Shown here piece by piece: positions 11,953-23,664 of a stretch of 64,000 nucleotides of DNA. Position 1 is the first letter of the stretch. Every line of letters starts with the position of its first letter. The notes under the pieces are model-generated. The model ran no database searches and was not told the DNA's origin. It saw only the letters and a program-made list of their open reading frames with translations. This DNA is from Paraspadella gotoi. Lineage: Eukaryota > Animalia > Chaetognatha. The translations under genes and the position numbers were made by a program. The stretch covers positions 15,139,918-15,203,917 of the forward strand of contig CM119269.1 of NCBI GenBank assembly GCA_051294375.1, read 5' to 3'.

Positions 11953-14250
11953 TCAAGACTCGTCCCTCACGGCGTCCCCGTTCTTATCTCCCTCTTTCTC
12001 CTCTTCCTCCGACTTGACGACTACAAACACCTTCTGCGTCGAGACGTTAAATTTCTCCACCCAACGCTGGAAACTCCGCGGCTTCCGCTCCCACGCCACG
12101 AAGATGAGGTAGACCGGGAAGCCGGTGAGGATGATGAGTATCCCAATACCCGTCTCCCGCGGCTCGGCGATCAGCGGGAAGACGACGAGGAAAACGGAAA
12201 AGGCGCAGAAGAGCGCGGGAAGAACGAGCGGAACGCGAATCGGCCGGTAGAGGTCCGGTTCGCGGCGGCGAAGCCAGAAGATAACGAAGACGGAGAGTCC
12301 GGTGAAAAGCCAGACAGAGAATGAGACGTAGTTGATTAGGGCGTCGATGTCCGACGACGATAGGTACAGGCAGGACAGAATACCCAGAAAGATGACGGCG
12401 GGAACGGGCGTAAGCCGCCGTGTCTGCACGTAGGTCAACACGTCCGGCATGTGCCCCTCTCGCGCCCCCACGAAAAAGAGGCGGGAGGAAGTGAGCAGCA
12501 TCCCGTTGACGCCGCCGAAGGTCGACAGCGCCACGAATATGGGCATCGTCCACGCCATGACGCCGAACATGCGGTCCGCGAAATCAACCGCCACCGCGGG
12601 AGAGGCCAGCAGCTGTTGTGGCGAGAGTACCGTTAGGTAGGCCACATTGGAGAAAACGTAAAAGAAGGTGACGAGGGTGAGTCCGCCGCCGAGGGCGCGT
12701 GGTAGATTTTGGTAAGGGTTTTTCATCTCCTCCGTGATGCCGTTGAGGTATTGCCAGGCGTTGTATGAGAAAAGGCCCTGGTAGATGGAGAGCGAGATGC
12801 TGCCGGGGTCGGTCTTGGTCCCGACGAATGGTTCCTGGAAGGATTCGAAGTGGCCTCGGACCATCTGAACCACCCCGGTGACGATGATGATTAGCAGCGC
12901 CAGACACTTGGCGAAAGTGCAAACGTCGTTTACGCGCGTCGTCGTTTTCACGTCGTAGCAATTGACGGCCGTGAGAATGGAGATGACGATGGCGGCCACA
13001 AGTCGAATGGCGGCGTCGGGCATTTCGCACTCGGTAAAGAACGGGTAGATCAGGTAGCGTCCGCAGGTGAGCGAAACGATGGCGATCAGGCAGGGACGGA
13101 TCACCATGCACTCCACCCACAGGCGAATAAACGCCATGACAGGACCGAAGGCGTAATGGATGTAGGCGTAATCGGCCCCGGATTTCGTGATCATCGTCCC
13201 CAACTCGGCGTAGCAAAAGGCGCCGGTGAGTGAAAAGACGCCGCAGACGAACCATACCACGAGACTCATGCCCACCGATCCGGCATTCTCGAGTACGCCT
13301 ACAAACAGAAGGGAGAGTTTCTATCATTATTCAAGATTTTGACGTTCTTCCTAAATAAAAGTACTGGTTGGCAACCGGACAGTTACCAGGCAGTTACTTA
13401 GATCGATATAACAAACTTAATTTTTTTATTATTTGATTATTGATTGACAAAACTTTGTTTCCAAAGGCAGTCCTGTTAATAATATATTTAAACAAAAATT
13501 TAAAAAGTAATACTGTCAATTCTGGGAATATTCAATATGTCATCTCGATGATAATTCAAAATCTGTCTGACCTTAATTCACAATAGAACTATTTTTTAAT
13601 GTTTCCAATAAAATTAATAATTACTTTTGCTACGAACACTCCTTAAACAAAATCAAGTCACGAACGAAATTTATTTGACTCAGAAAGATACAATATCCAA
13701 TATCAAACTCCGATCCGGGAGAGAGTAAAATGCGCATTTTTAATCCTTAATCCAGAGACCATGCTCTTCGCTATCCTTCGTAGCCCGTAGGTGTTTACCT
13801 TTCGGAGAAATGAAAATCCCGCTTCCGATGATCGAACCAACTACGAGGGATATGCCGTTGAGCAGCCCGACCTAGAAATAGAGCATTAATTATCTTTACC
13901 TTACATTTGCATCTCGTTATCTTACTTCCTGTCTACTACTAATTCGTTCCTTTTTTCCCCGCCAATCGATCTTTCCGTTTATTATTTTTTGAAAACATTA
14001 ATCTTGTTAACGTCGACGGCAGCAATCGATCCATCAACATCAACCGAAACGACCGAGCGTGATTTCCGAGGATTTATCGACGAATTAAACAACATTCGCA
14101 TATTTTCACCAATCAAATTCCTTGAGCAGAGTTCGCTCGCTCGCCAACGAAAGCCTTGACCCATGACCCTACCTTCGGCTTGAGTTTGACCGCTTCGGCG
14201 GAACCGCCGCTGACTTGGCTCAGGGATCTTCTGGTCGAGGGGTCACCCAT
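11953..14250 (-). CDS. L-type amino acid transporter light chain (SLC7/LAT family); exons about 14173-14250, 13799-13872, 11953-13298
   Basis: GSIIGSGIFISPKGV, GAFCYAELGTMITKSGADYAY, GLFSYNAW, EEMKNPYQNLPRA, FVALSTFGGVNG, SRLFFVGAREGHMP. Confidence 0.92.
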
Positions 14251-14973
14251 TTTTCAATGAATTGTTCGACGAGGCTTGAGTGTTCTGATTCGAATTAATT
14301 TGCCTACCGAAAGAAAAACAGCAATTTTAGCCACGTGCAATCAATCTTAAAGTAAAAAAATTCACCAATTAATTTGTAAACTATTTAAACTCGATTTAAC
14401 AATAATCTGGAATGTAAGACTAACACGTCAGGAACCGTTCTTTCTAAAAGACTTTTTGGGTAAACTAAGTTTTACTTTTAATTTAATGACAATTGAACGA
14501 TATTTGTTTTGAAAAAATACAAACGCGCTCGAGCGCGCGTTTTCGGCAAGAAAATGAACTCACCCGAAGAAGAACGAAATCGGTCGAGTCGAGGAGATCG
14601 TGAGTCGATCAAAGCTTAACTTTTTTGTTTAACTTCTGCTTGAATCTTAATTTGCTCGTCCACGTGCTCTCCTTGGGCCTTGATTTGGTCTTGGGATGAC
14701 GTGCCTCGTTTTAAAAGTTTTGTTTCTGGGATGATGAAATCTGCTCCTTGTGCGGTTTGGATTGAATCTCTTGGGCTTTTCTAAGAAGCGGATCAATTGA
14801 AGAGAAATTCTTCTAATTCTTGACGCGCGAGTCTTAGTCTTTTTTTTTTCCTAACTCCGTTTCTGCTTGAAGAAAATAGAGAGCGAGACGCCGAGAGGAA
14901 GGATGGCGGGAGAGACAGACGAGAGCCTTGGTTTTCGCACCACGAAGCACGGAGTGCAAACATAGAGAGAAAT

Positions 14974-15020
<47 letters not shown>

Positions 15021-16148
15021 AGGAAAGGAGGAGGAGGAACACCGTCTGACAAAATACTTATGGATATGGTTACACGAAAACCAGAACGTACTTATGTTAT
15101 GAGTTAGTATTGAATTTCATAGCACTGCCAATCGGTATTATACGATTTTTAACTTTTATATTACAGGGTGTTCGGGAATATATTTAAATATTCACGCAAG
15201 ACCTTTTAAATTTAAGAATATAAAAGGTATAATTTAGTATCAATTTTAGCGTTGATAACTTTTTAAAAGTTTTATATTTTAATAACTAGGTACTGTTAAA
15301 ATAACTATGCTACTGCAGCAACATAACGTTTAGTTAATTATCAATTTGATTTTAATCTTGACTTATATTATCCATGGCCGATGAAATTCAAATGCTTATG
15401 TATACCGCGTTAAAATAATCAATCATGAGCATGGATTATAATATCAATTTTTTTTAAATGCTTTTTTCTGAGGGTACTAGCCTAATTAAAATTATTATAT
15501 TATTATATAAAGAAAAAATTTTTGAAATCTTAAAATTTTTTGATGGAATCTGATAGAGCTTAAAAAGTTAAACAAAAAATATAATTACTGTTTTTAAAAA
15601 TTCTTGTTTTAAGTGATAATATAAAAAACTGATAAAATTATCAATAATATGTAATGATGATTTTTTTTTAATTGTAACTTACTTATCATAAAAATATTTT
15701 TTAAAAATTATATTTTGTTTAGACTTTTTATGAGCTATCTGAATCTGGTCTTAAAATTAAAATTTTTTAAAAAAAAATTTAATCTTTATAAATAAATATT
15801 AAAAAAAATAATTACAAGGGTATATAAAATTTTTTTTTGTCCATTGAAAGTATATTTAAAAATAAAGGTTGACCGTGATACAGATTTTATGTTTTAGCAT
15901 TGAGTGCGGTTATTCTTACTTATATTTTTTTATTATTATTATTATTTAATGGGAACCGTATTAAACGAATCCATTTTTGGTATTAATTACTGTGTTAAAA
16001 TATTTTTTTGCAAAAATGTTCCAAACCATGAGTAATTCTCTAATTAAAATTATTATATCGCTATATAATTTAGAGATGANNNNNNNNNNAACCATGAGTA
16101 ATTCTTTAATTAAAATTATTATATCGCTATATAATTTAGAGAGATTTA

Positions 16149-16198
16149 GAGAGCTGATGAAGACTTGTAATACTAAGAGTCGAAACATGTACATTACT
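16149..16198 (+). ncRNA. Minimal type-I hammerhead ribozyme motif (Penelope-like); second copy at about 18862-18913
   Basis: CUGAUGA, stem II GACU...AGUC, GAAA, palindromic stem III ACAUGU, cleavage triplet GUA; stem I is weak. Confidence 0.55.
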
Positions 16199-16789
16199 AA
16201 AAATAAAAAAATTGCTATTACAACAAATTTTTCGTTTCATCTCTAAACTATTTTAAATAGCAAAAAGAAAGTCAAAATACAATCGCTATATAATATAAAA
16301 AAAATTATAATGATTCTGTTAGAGATCAAAAAGTTAAACAAAAAACTTTTTAAAATTTTGATGTTTTATTTCTGAAAATTAGTAAAAACTATTAAAATTA
16401 TTGGAAGATGATTTTTTGATAATTTTTTCAGGTTTTTCTCAATTTTAACCCACTTATCATCAAAATAATAAAAAAGGAAATATACTTTGCGCAGACAACT
16501 TTTTATAAGCTGTCTGAATCTGTTATAAAAAATACAAAATTTTTTTAAAAAATTTGACATATCTTATCTATAATAAATAAATAAATATTAAAAAAATTAT
16601 TACTAATGCTTCTAGCCATTTTAGAAAATTTTGGTTCATTGAAAGTTTTTTCAGAATTGTATCAAGTTTCATTTGGGAAGGTTCCCAAATCAAGTACATA
16701 TATTTATATATATAATCGCTGTGAGGCTTTTAAAAAAATTTAATATATTTTATTATAATAATTTCCTTTCTTTTTTGTTGCGTTTGGGA

Positions 16790-16937
16790 CATAAGGAAAA
16801 ACTTTAAATTCTGATGCAGCAATGAATTTATTTATAAACGGACGTTTCGGTTAGGTTTACGAACCTTCATCAGCGCAATTAGAGACAAATAAATAAAATA
16901 AAATAAATAAATTCACAATTTAAACTTTTTCCTTATG
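16790..16937 (-). mobile_element. Short element with 25-bp inverted ends containing a minus-strand minimal hammerhead (16838-16876); duplicate at 19500-19647
   Basis: Ends CATAAGGAAAAACTTTAAATTCTGA / TCACAATTTAAACTTTTTCCTTATG. Minus strand reads GCG-CUGAUGA-A-GGUU..AACC-GAAAC-GUC-CGU. Confidence 0.65.
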
Positions 16938-17080
16938 ATATATTTTATATATTTTTAAAATTATTTAAAAAAATTGATATATTAAAAATATTATTATTTT
17001 TTTACCTATTCAAAAAAAATAAGAGTATGGATTTAATGATAATTTAATAACAGATTTATAATCTTTTTTTATTATTGAAA

Positions 17081-17508
17081 TATGGTGGACTAAAATCCAC
17101 CAACCGTTCATCAGCGGCAATTGGTGCCGGAGGCAAGTCATTCGCCTCCCAACCCAAAGGTCCGGGGTTCTAGCCCGGTGATACGTCTGGCAGTTAAGAG
17201 GGACGGGGCGCTTAACCCGCCTGTAACATGGTGTTACAGCCTGATCCGAAGCTCAGGGACTGCTTATATTAACGTTCTGTCATTAACACTTATCAATAAT
17301 TACTGTCTCTTCATTGGTGAGCCCGACTTCCGAACACAACAGCAACAACAATACTTTCAGGCGACATGCCTCAACCTGGCGATGCACTTTCCGCCATCAA
17401 CACATCAGGCGACATGCCTCAACTTGGTGACGCACTTTCCACCAATAACAACAATACACTGAAGAGATGCAACAGACTTTTCCCTACGGGAGGGGGGGAT
17501 GTATGGTG
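17081..17508 (+). mobile_element. LTR element type B, copy truncated by the N gap (twister at 17189-17264)
   Basis: Same sequence as 19792-20218; the 3' LTR starts at 17500 and runs into Ns. Confidence 0.8.
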
Positions 17509-17728
17509 NNNNNNNNNNNNNNNNNNNNNNNNNTCTCATTTTCAATTGAGAGAAATTCTTCTAATTCTTGACGCGCGAGTCTTAGTCTTTTTTTTTTCCT
17601 AACTCCGTTTCTGCTTGAAGAAAATAGAGAGCGAGACGCCGAGAGGAAGATGGCGGGAGAGACAGACGAGAGCCTTGGTTTTCGCACCACGAAGCACGGA
17701 GTGCAAACATAGAGAGAAATAAAAAGAG

Positions 17729-17776
<48 letters not shown>

Positions 17777-19898
17777 AGGAAAGGAGGAGGAGAACACCGT
17801 CTGACAAAATACTTATGGATATGGTTACACGAAAACCAGAACGTACTTATGTTATGAGTTAGTATTGAATTTCATAGCACTGCCAATCGGTATTATACGA
17901 TTTTTAACTTTATATTACAGGGTGTTCGGGAATATATTTAAATATTCACGCAAGACCTTTTAAATTTAAGAATATAAAAGGTATAATTTAGTATCAATTT
18001 TAGCGTTGATAACTTTTTAAAAGTTTTATATTTTAATAACTAGGTACTGTTAAAATAACTATGCTACTGCAGCAACATAACGTTTAGTTAATTATCAATT
18101 TGATTTTAATCTTGACTTATATTATCCATGGCCGATGAAATTCAAATGCTTATGTATACCGCGTTAAAATAATCAATCATGAGCATGGATTATAATATCA
18201 ATTTTTTTAAATGCTTTTTTCTGAGGGTACTAGCCTAATTAAAATTATTATATTATATATATAAAGAAAAAAATTTTTGAAATCTTAAAATTTTTTGATG
18301 GAATCTGATAGAGCTTAAAAGTTAAACAAAAAATATAATTACTGTTTTTAAAAATTCTTGTTTTTTAAGTGATAATATAAAAAACTGATAAAATTATCGA
18401 ATAATATGTAATGATGATTTTTTTAATTTTAACTTACTTATCATAAAAATATTTTTAAAAATTATATTTTGTTTAGACTTTTTATGAGCTATCTGAATCT
18501 GGTCTTAAAATTAAAATTTTAAAAAAAAAATTAATCTTTATAAATAAATATTAAAAAAATAATTACAAGGGTATATAAAATTTTTTTTTGTCCATTGAAA
18601 GTATATTTAAAAATAAAGGTTGACCGTGATACAGATTTTATGTTTTAGCATTGAGTGCGGTTATTCTTACTTATATTTTTTTATTATTATTATTATTTAA
18701 TGGGAACCGTATTAAACGAATCCATTTTTGGTATTAATTACTGTGTTAAAATATTTTTTTGCAAAATGTTCCAAACCATGAGTAATTCTAATTAAAATTA
18801 TTATATCGCTATATATTTAAGATGAAGAAATTCTTATAGCATTTAGAGTCATTTCGACCTTAGTAGTAGCTGATGAAGACTGTAATACTAAGAGTCGAAA
18901 CATGTACATTACTAAAAATAAAAAAATGCTATTACAACGAATTTTTCGTTTCATCTCTAAACTATTTTAAATAGACAAAAGAAAGTCAAAATACAATCGC
19001 TATATAATATAAAAAAAATTATAATGATTCTGTTAGAGATCAAAAAGTTAAACAAAAAACTTTTTAAAATTTTGATGTTTTATTTCTGAAAATTAGTAAA
19101 AACTATAAAATTATTGGAAGATGATTTTTGATAATTTTTTCAGGTTTTTCTCAATTTTAACCCACTTATCATCAAAATAAAAAAAAAGGAAATATACTTT
19201 GCGCAGACAACTTTTTATAAGCTGTCTGAATCTGTTATAAAAAATACAAAAATTTTTTAAAAAATTTGACATATCTTATCTATAATAAATAAATAAATAT
19301 TAAAAAAATTATTACTAATGCTTCTAGCCATTTAAAAATTTTGGTTCATTGAAAGTTTTTCTCAGAATTGTATCAAGTTTCATTTGGGAAGGTTCCCAAA
19401 TCAAGTACATATATTATATATATAATCGCTGTGAGGCTTTTAAAAAAATTTAATATATTTTATTATAATAATTTCCTTTCTTTTTTGTTGCGTTTGGGAC
19501 ATAAGGAAAAACTTTAAATTCTGATGCAGCAATGAATTTATTTATAAACGGACGTTTCGGTTAGGTTTACGAACCTTCATCAGCGCAATTAGAGACAAAT
19601 AAATAAAATAAAATAAATAAATTCACAATTTAAACTTTTTCCTTATGATATATTTTATATATTTTTAAAATTATTTAAAAAAATTGATATATTAAAAATA
19701 TTATTATTTTTTTACCTATTCAAAAAAAATAAGAGTATGGATTTAATGATAATTTAATAACAGATTTATAATCTTTTTTTATTATTTGAAGTATGGTGGA
19801 CTAAAATCCACCAACCGTTCATCAGCGGCCATTGGTGCCGGAGGCAAGTCATTCGCCTCCCAACCCAAAGGTCCGGGGTTCTAGCCCGGTGATCGTCT

Positions 19899-19974
19899 GG
19901 CAGTTAAGAGGGACGGGGCGCTTAACCCGCCTGTAACATGGTGTTACAGCCTGATCCGAAGCTCAGGGACTGCT
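19899..19974 (+). ncRNA. Twister ribozyme, type-P5 (5' LTR of B)
   Basis: P5 GCAGU/ACUGC; GA-CGG; P1 GGCGCU; UAA (cut 19923/19924); GCC; P3 UGUAACA/UGUUACA; P4 CCUGA/UCAGG with loop U-CCG-AAGC; T1 CGG:CCG. Confidence 0.85.
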
Positions 19975-20318
19975 TATATTAACGGTTCTGTCATTAACAC
20001 TTATCAATAATTACTGTCTCTTCATTGGTGAGCCCGACTTCCGAACACAACAGCAACAACAATACTTTCAGGCGACATGCCTCAACCTGGCGATGCACTT
20101 TCCGCCATCAACACATCAGGCGACATGCCTCAACTTGGTGACGCACTTTCCACCAACAACAAACAATACACTGAAGAGACGCAACAGACTTCTCCCTACG
20201 GAGGGGGGATGTATGGTGGACTAAAATCCACCAACCGTTCATCAGCGGCCATTGGTGCCGGAGGCAAGTCATTCGCCTCCCAACCCAAAGGTCCGGGGTT
20301 CTAGCCCGGTGATCGTCT

Positions 20319-20394
20319 GGCAGTTAAGAGGGACGGGGTGCTTAACCCGCCTGTAACATGGTGTTACAGCCTGATCCGAAGCTCAGGGACTGCT
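20319..20394 (+). ncRNA. Twister ribozyme, type-P5 (3' LTR of B)
   Basis: As 19899-19974 but with P1 GGUGCU; predicted cut 20343/20344, 420 nt after the first. Confidence 0.83.
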
Positions 20395-22370
20395 TATATT
20401 GAATGGTTCTGTCATTAACACTTATCAATAATTACTGTCTCTTCAGAAGTATGATAAAAGCTAAGATAAAACTGATTAAAAGATATTTTTGTTGTTGTTC
20501 TGCGTTTAATTATTAAAGGTTTGCAAATTAGTTCTTAAATTGTTTACCTTCTCATCTTGCTAAAAAGAAATACGTCGTGGTTTTAACCAGTTTAATTCGT
20601 TTGATCTGAAGCTAAAGGGACTATTAATTTAGTCCTTAATTTATAATAAATTATTGATTGAGCTGATTTTATTTGTAAATATTAGATTATTAAATGCTTT
20701 TTTTATAATCCTTTTACTTTTTTTTTAAATTTATAAAAGTACGACTTAAAGAAATATGTGAATAATTGAAGACTTCGAATCTCCATCATAAAAAAGTATA
20801 AAATTATTTTTCCTGCCAAGAACTGAACTAAAATTAATCGCAATACCGACAAAATAATATAAATAATGATAGTCAGGAAAGCAAATATTCAATAGGTTCC
20901 CTCAATTTGGATTTTCTACTTCCCGGATTCAAATTGATACCCATGTAATAGAATAGGCAAAAGGCCCAATTCACTTTTTCATGCGCTGGGCACTGTGAAA
21001 TTCGGAAACGGGACGTAAGGACTAAGAGCCGAGTTCAGTTGCAAACGGCTACAGACATTCGATGCGCGTTGATGGAAGAAGGGTACCAAACTTTTGTTCA
21101 ACGAATGGAAAAAGCAAATAAATTTATTAAAAAAAAAAATATTTTATTTAATTTTTCGGCAACTGTATTTTGTTTTAATTTTAAAATGAACCGTGGTTTA
21201 CCCTAAGAATTTTTAATATTTTTAGCTATATGGTTTAATTAACAAATCAAGGAGTACAAAATTTTTTCAGAAATTTTTGTTATCACGAGTCTGCTTCTTA
21301 ATGCCTTTTTAATAATTTTTCTTTTTTGTAAATGAGCGAGGGTTATGGTAAAAGTAATGGTAGTCTGGTAGAATGCCTGCGGTATTATTAATATAAAGCT
21401 TCTAGTTTAGCTCACAGATTAATCAATATGATAAAAATTATCATGGGTAAGCTTCGCCGCGTTAACTTGCATCGTGTCTTAAGATAAAAAAAGAAAATCT
21501 TTTATTTAGTTTTTCAGAAAATGATTGATTCTCCTCCCGATGCCCTTAAACAAAGATATTCCTAAATCCACACCCCGTTATTCTTGACAATTTGTAATAG
21601 GTCAATCATTCCAAATTTAATTCAATTTTCTACGCTTTTTTATCGTAATTGTATTGCCGAATTTATTTATTTTGTGACCTCTCACTCTTTAAAAAAAATT
21701 GAAACCGTGAAAAACCGTTGGAAAAAAGAGGGACTTGAATAATATTAATAAACTTGACTCAGAAAAACGCGCAAAGAATAAAAGACTGAGAATTTGTTTG
21801 TAAAAAAATCTAAGAATTATGTATTAATTACGGTAATATCAAAGGTTGCGTTCCATAACGATTTACGAGCCTTGTCTTAATTTAGCACTAGGTAAAGAAA
21901 AGCGAAAACGCCTAAATACGATTTGAACCAATGCAACTTATCACCTATATGTCATGAACTAAAAATAAAATAAACATACATTTAACAATACTGTAAAAAA
22001 CTTTTATTTGTATTATCAATATCATGCAGGGGAAGAAACAGAAAACAGTTGAGTTATAACGGAAACAATTCATATATAATTGTGCAAAACCAGACTTGCA
22101 AAAGTCCCGATAATTTCACGAACAAAATTTCGTCAAAACGGACTTGAAATTTATTCCTTACGCTTATGATACGGACGACGGAAAGAGACGGTAACGTGCT
22201 AAAACGTCGAATAATACTGATAACTTTAGTTTAACCGTGAAATAAAGGTAATAACGTTTAATATTTAGAATCCCATATATCTCGTCTTTTAATGGCCGCC
22301 TTTTGTTTGTTACAGATTTTGAATATTAATTAAAAATAGAATGAATCCAATCCTTCTTGGCCTCGCGAAA

Positions 22371-23584
22371 TTAAACGTCGCTTTCAAAGGGTTTTGGGAA
22401 AAACTCTTCCGTTGGAGTTGACTTGGGAGTCGAAGTCAGCAAAGGCCTTGATTTGTAGAGGGCGTTTGGATCGAGAGATGCTCCACCGTAGTCGAGATCG
22501 TCCACAGAACATTTGCTGGGGAAAAAAGTTATATGTGTATGAGAGATAAATACAGTGTGAAATTTTCTGCTTATTTCCCCACCTGTTCTGCAAAATGACG
22601 GGCTCTTCGAAAATGGGTGAGAATTCTCTGATTTCCAGAAAATGATCCCCACGCCATCTGTTGCCGAACCGCCTGGGCGGGGGAGGCGGCGCGTGGAAGA
22701 CGAGGGCGTTGGAGGGATCGAGTGCCAGAGAGTGGCGCAGTTTTGAAGGAGAGTTTTGAAGAATGGAGGCTTGAATGTCATGGAGAAGTTTCTCGGAGGC
22801 GCTGAGAGGCCGCGGAGGCGGAAGAGGAGGCGGCTTCGAAGTCGGTTCGGACGATATTTTTGGTCTGACGGCGGCGGCAACCGGTTCTTCGCTGGGAGTC
22901 GATTCCCCGTTCATTCTCTCCGACGATACAATCGATGACGACGACGACGACGACGCAGACGAACCCTTCAAAAGTTTGACGCCGTTTTTGGTCGGCTCCG
23001 ACGAGACGTCCAGAGTCGCCGGCGAAGCGAACGACGTTAGCGTCGTCTCGCCGTTATTTTCCGGCCTCGTGTCCGCGGATTCGAAAATGGCTTTGAAATC
23101 GTCGCTCGTTGTTCTTTTGAGCTTGGATTCGACGACGGTGGCGCTCCATGTCGTTCGGCTCGTCGTCGTCGAAGATGTGCTCGGCTCTTTGAGGCTCGAC
23201 GATCGAGTTAACGCCGGCGCCACGCCATTGACGACGGTCGCCGATCGCGTGGACTGCGACCTGATCACAGGTTTCGCCAGTTTCGTCGAAGGTGTAGCAC
23301 CTAGAATTTTCTCGACGCCGACTTCCGCCGCGGGCGTCGGCCAATCTCCCTCTGCCCGACGCTTCGAATCCGGGCGACTCGAAGGAGGAAGAGGAGGAGG
23401 ATGAGAAGGAGGGCGGGAGGGCGGAGGTTGAGACGGAAGGGGAGGAGGAAAGCCCGAAAAGGATGACTTGAAAAATTCCGTCCGCGCTCTTTGTTGAGTG
23501 GCCTAAGTGGGAGAGTCAAAGGAAATAGGATTAAAGACGACGTTGCTGGATTTGGCACTCACTCACTCACTCACTCACTCTCTT

Positions 23585-23664
<80 letters not shown>

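Larger units (their letters stand above)
14793..20218. repeat. About 2.7-kb tandem duplication (14793-17508 and 17542-20218) separated by an N gap; probable assembly or haplotype duplication
   Basis: Near-identical blocks differing mostly by homopolymer indels, with N runs at the junction and within the first copy. Confidence 0.85.
19792..20445 (+). mobile_element. Non-coding miniature LTR retroelement (TRIM/retrozyme-like), type B
   Basis: LTRs 19792-20024 (lacks initial TG) and 20210-20445 (TG...CA), PBS TGGTGAGCCCGAC at 20026, PPT GGAGGGGGGA before the 3' LTR, GAAG on both flanks. tRNA-Gly(CCC)-like segment CATTGGTG..TCGCCTCCCA..GGTTCTAGCCC in each LTR. Confidence 0.9.

Noticed and set aside
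19815-19828. CUGAUGA on the minus strand of LTR B
   Set aside because: No downstream GAAA or stem III; explained by a simple CCGUU/AGCGG hairpin.
20065-20155. Direct repeats resembling a mini CRISPR array
   Set aside because: Only two near-identical tandem units with no unique spacers, no cas genes, and a eukaryotic context.
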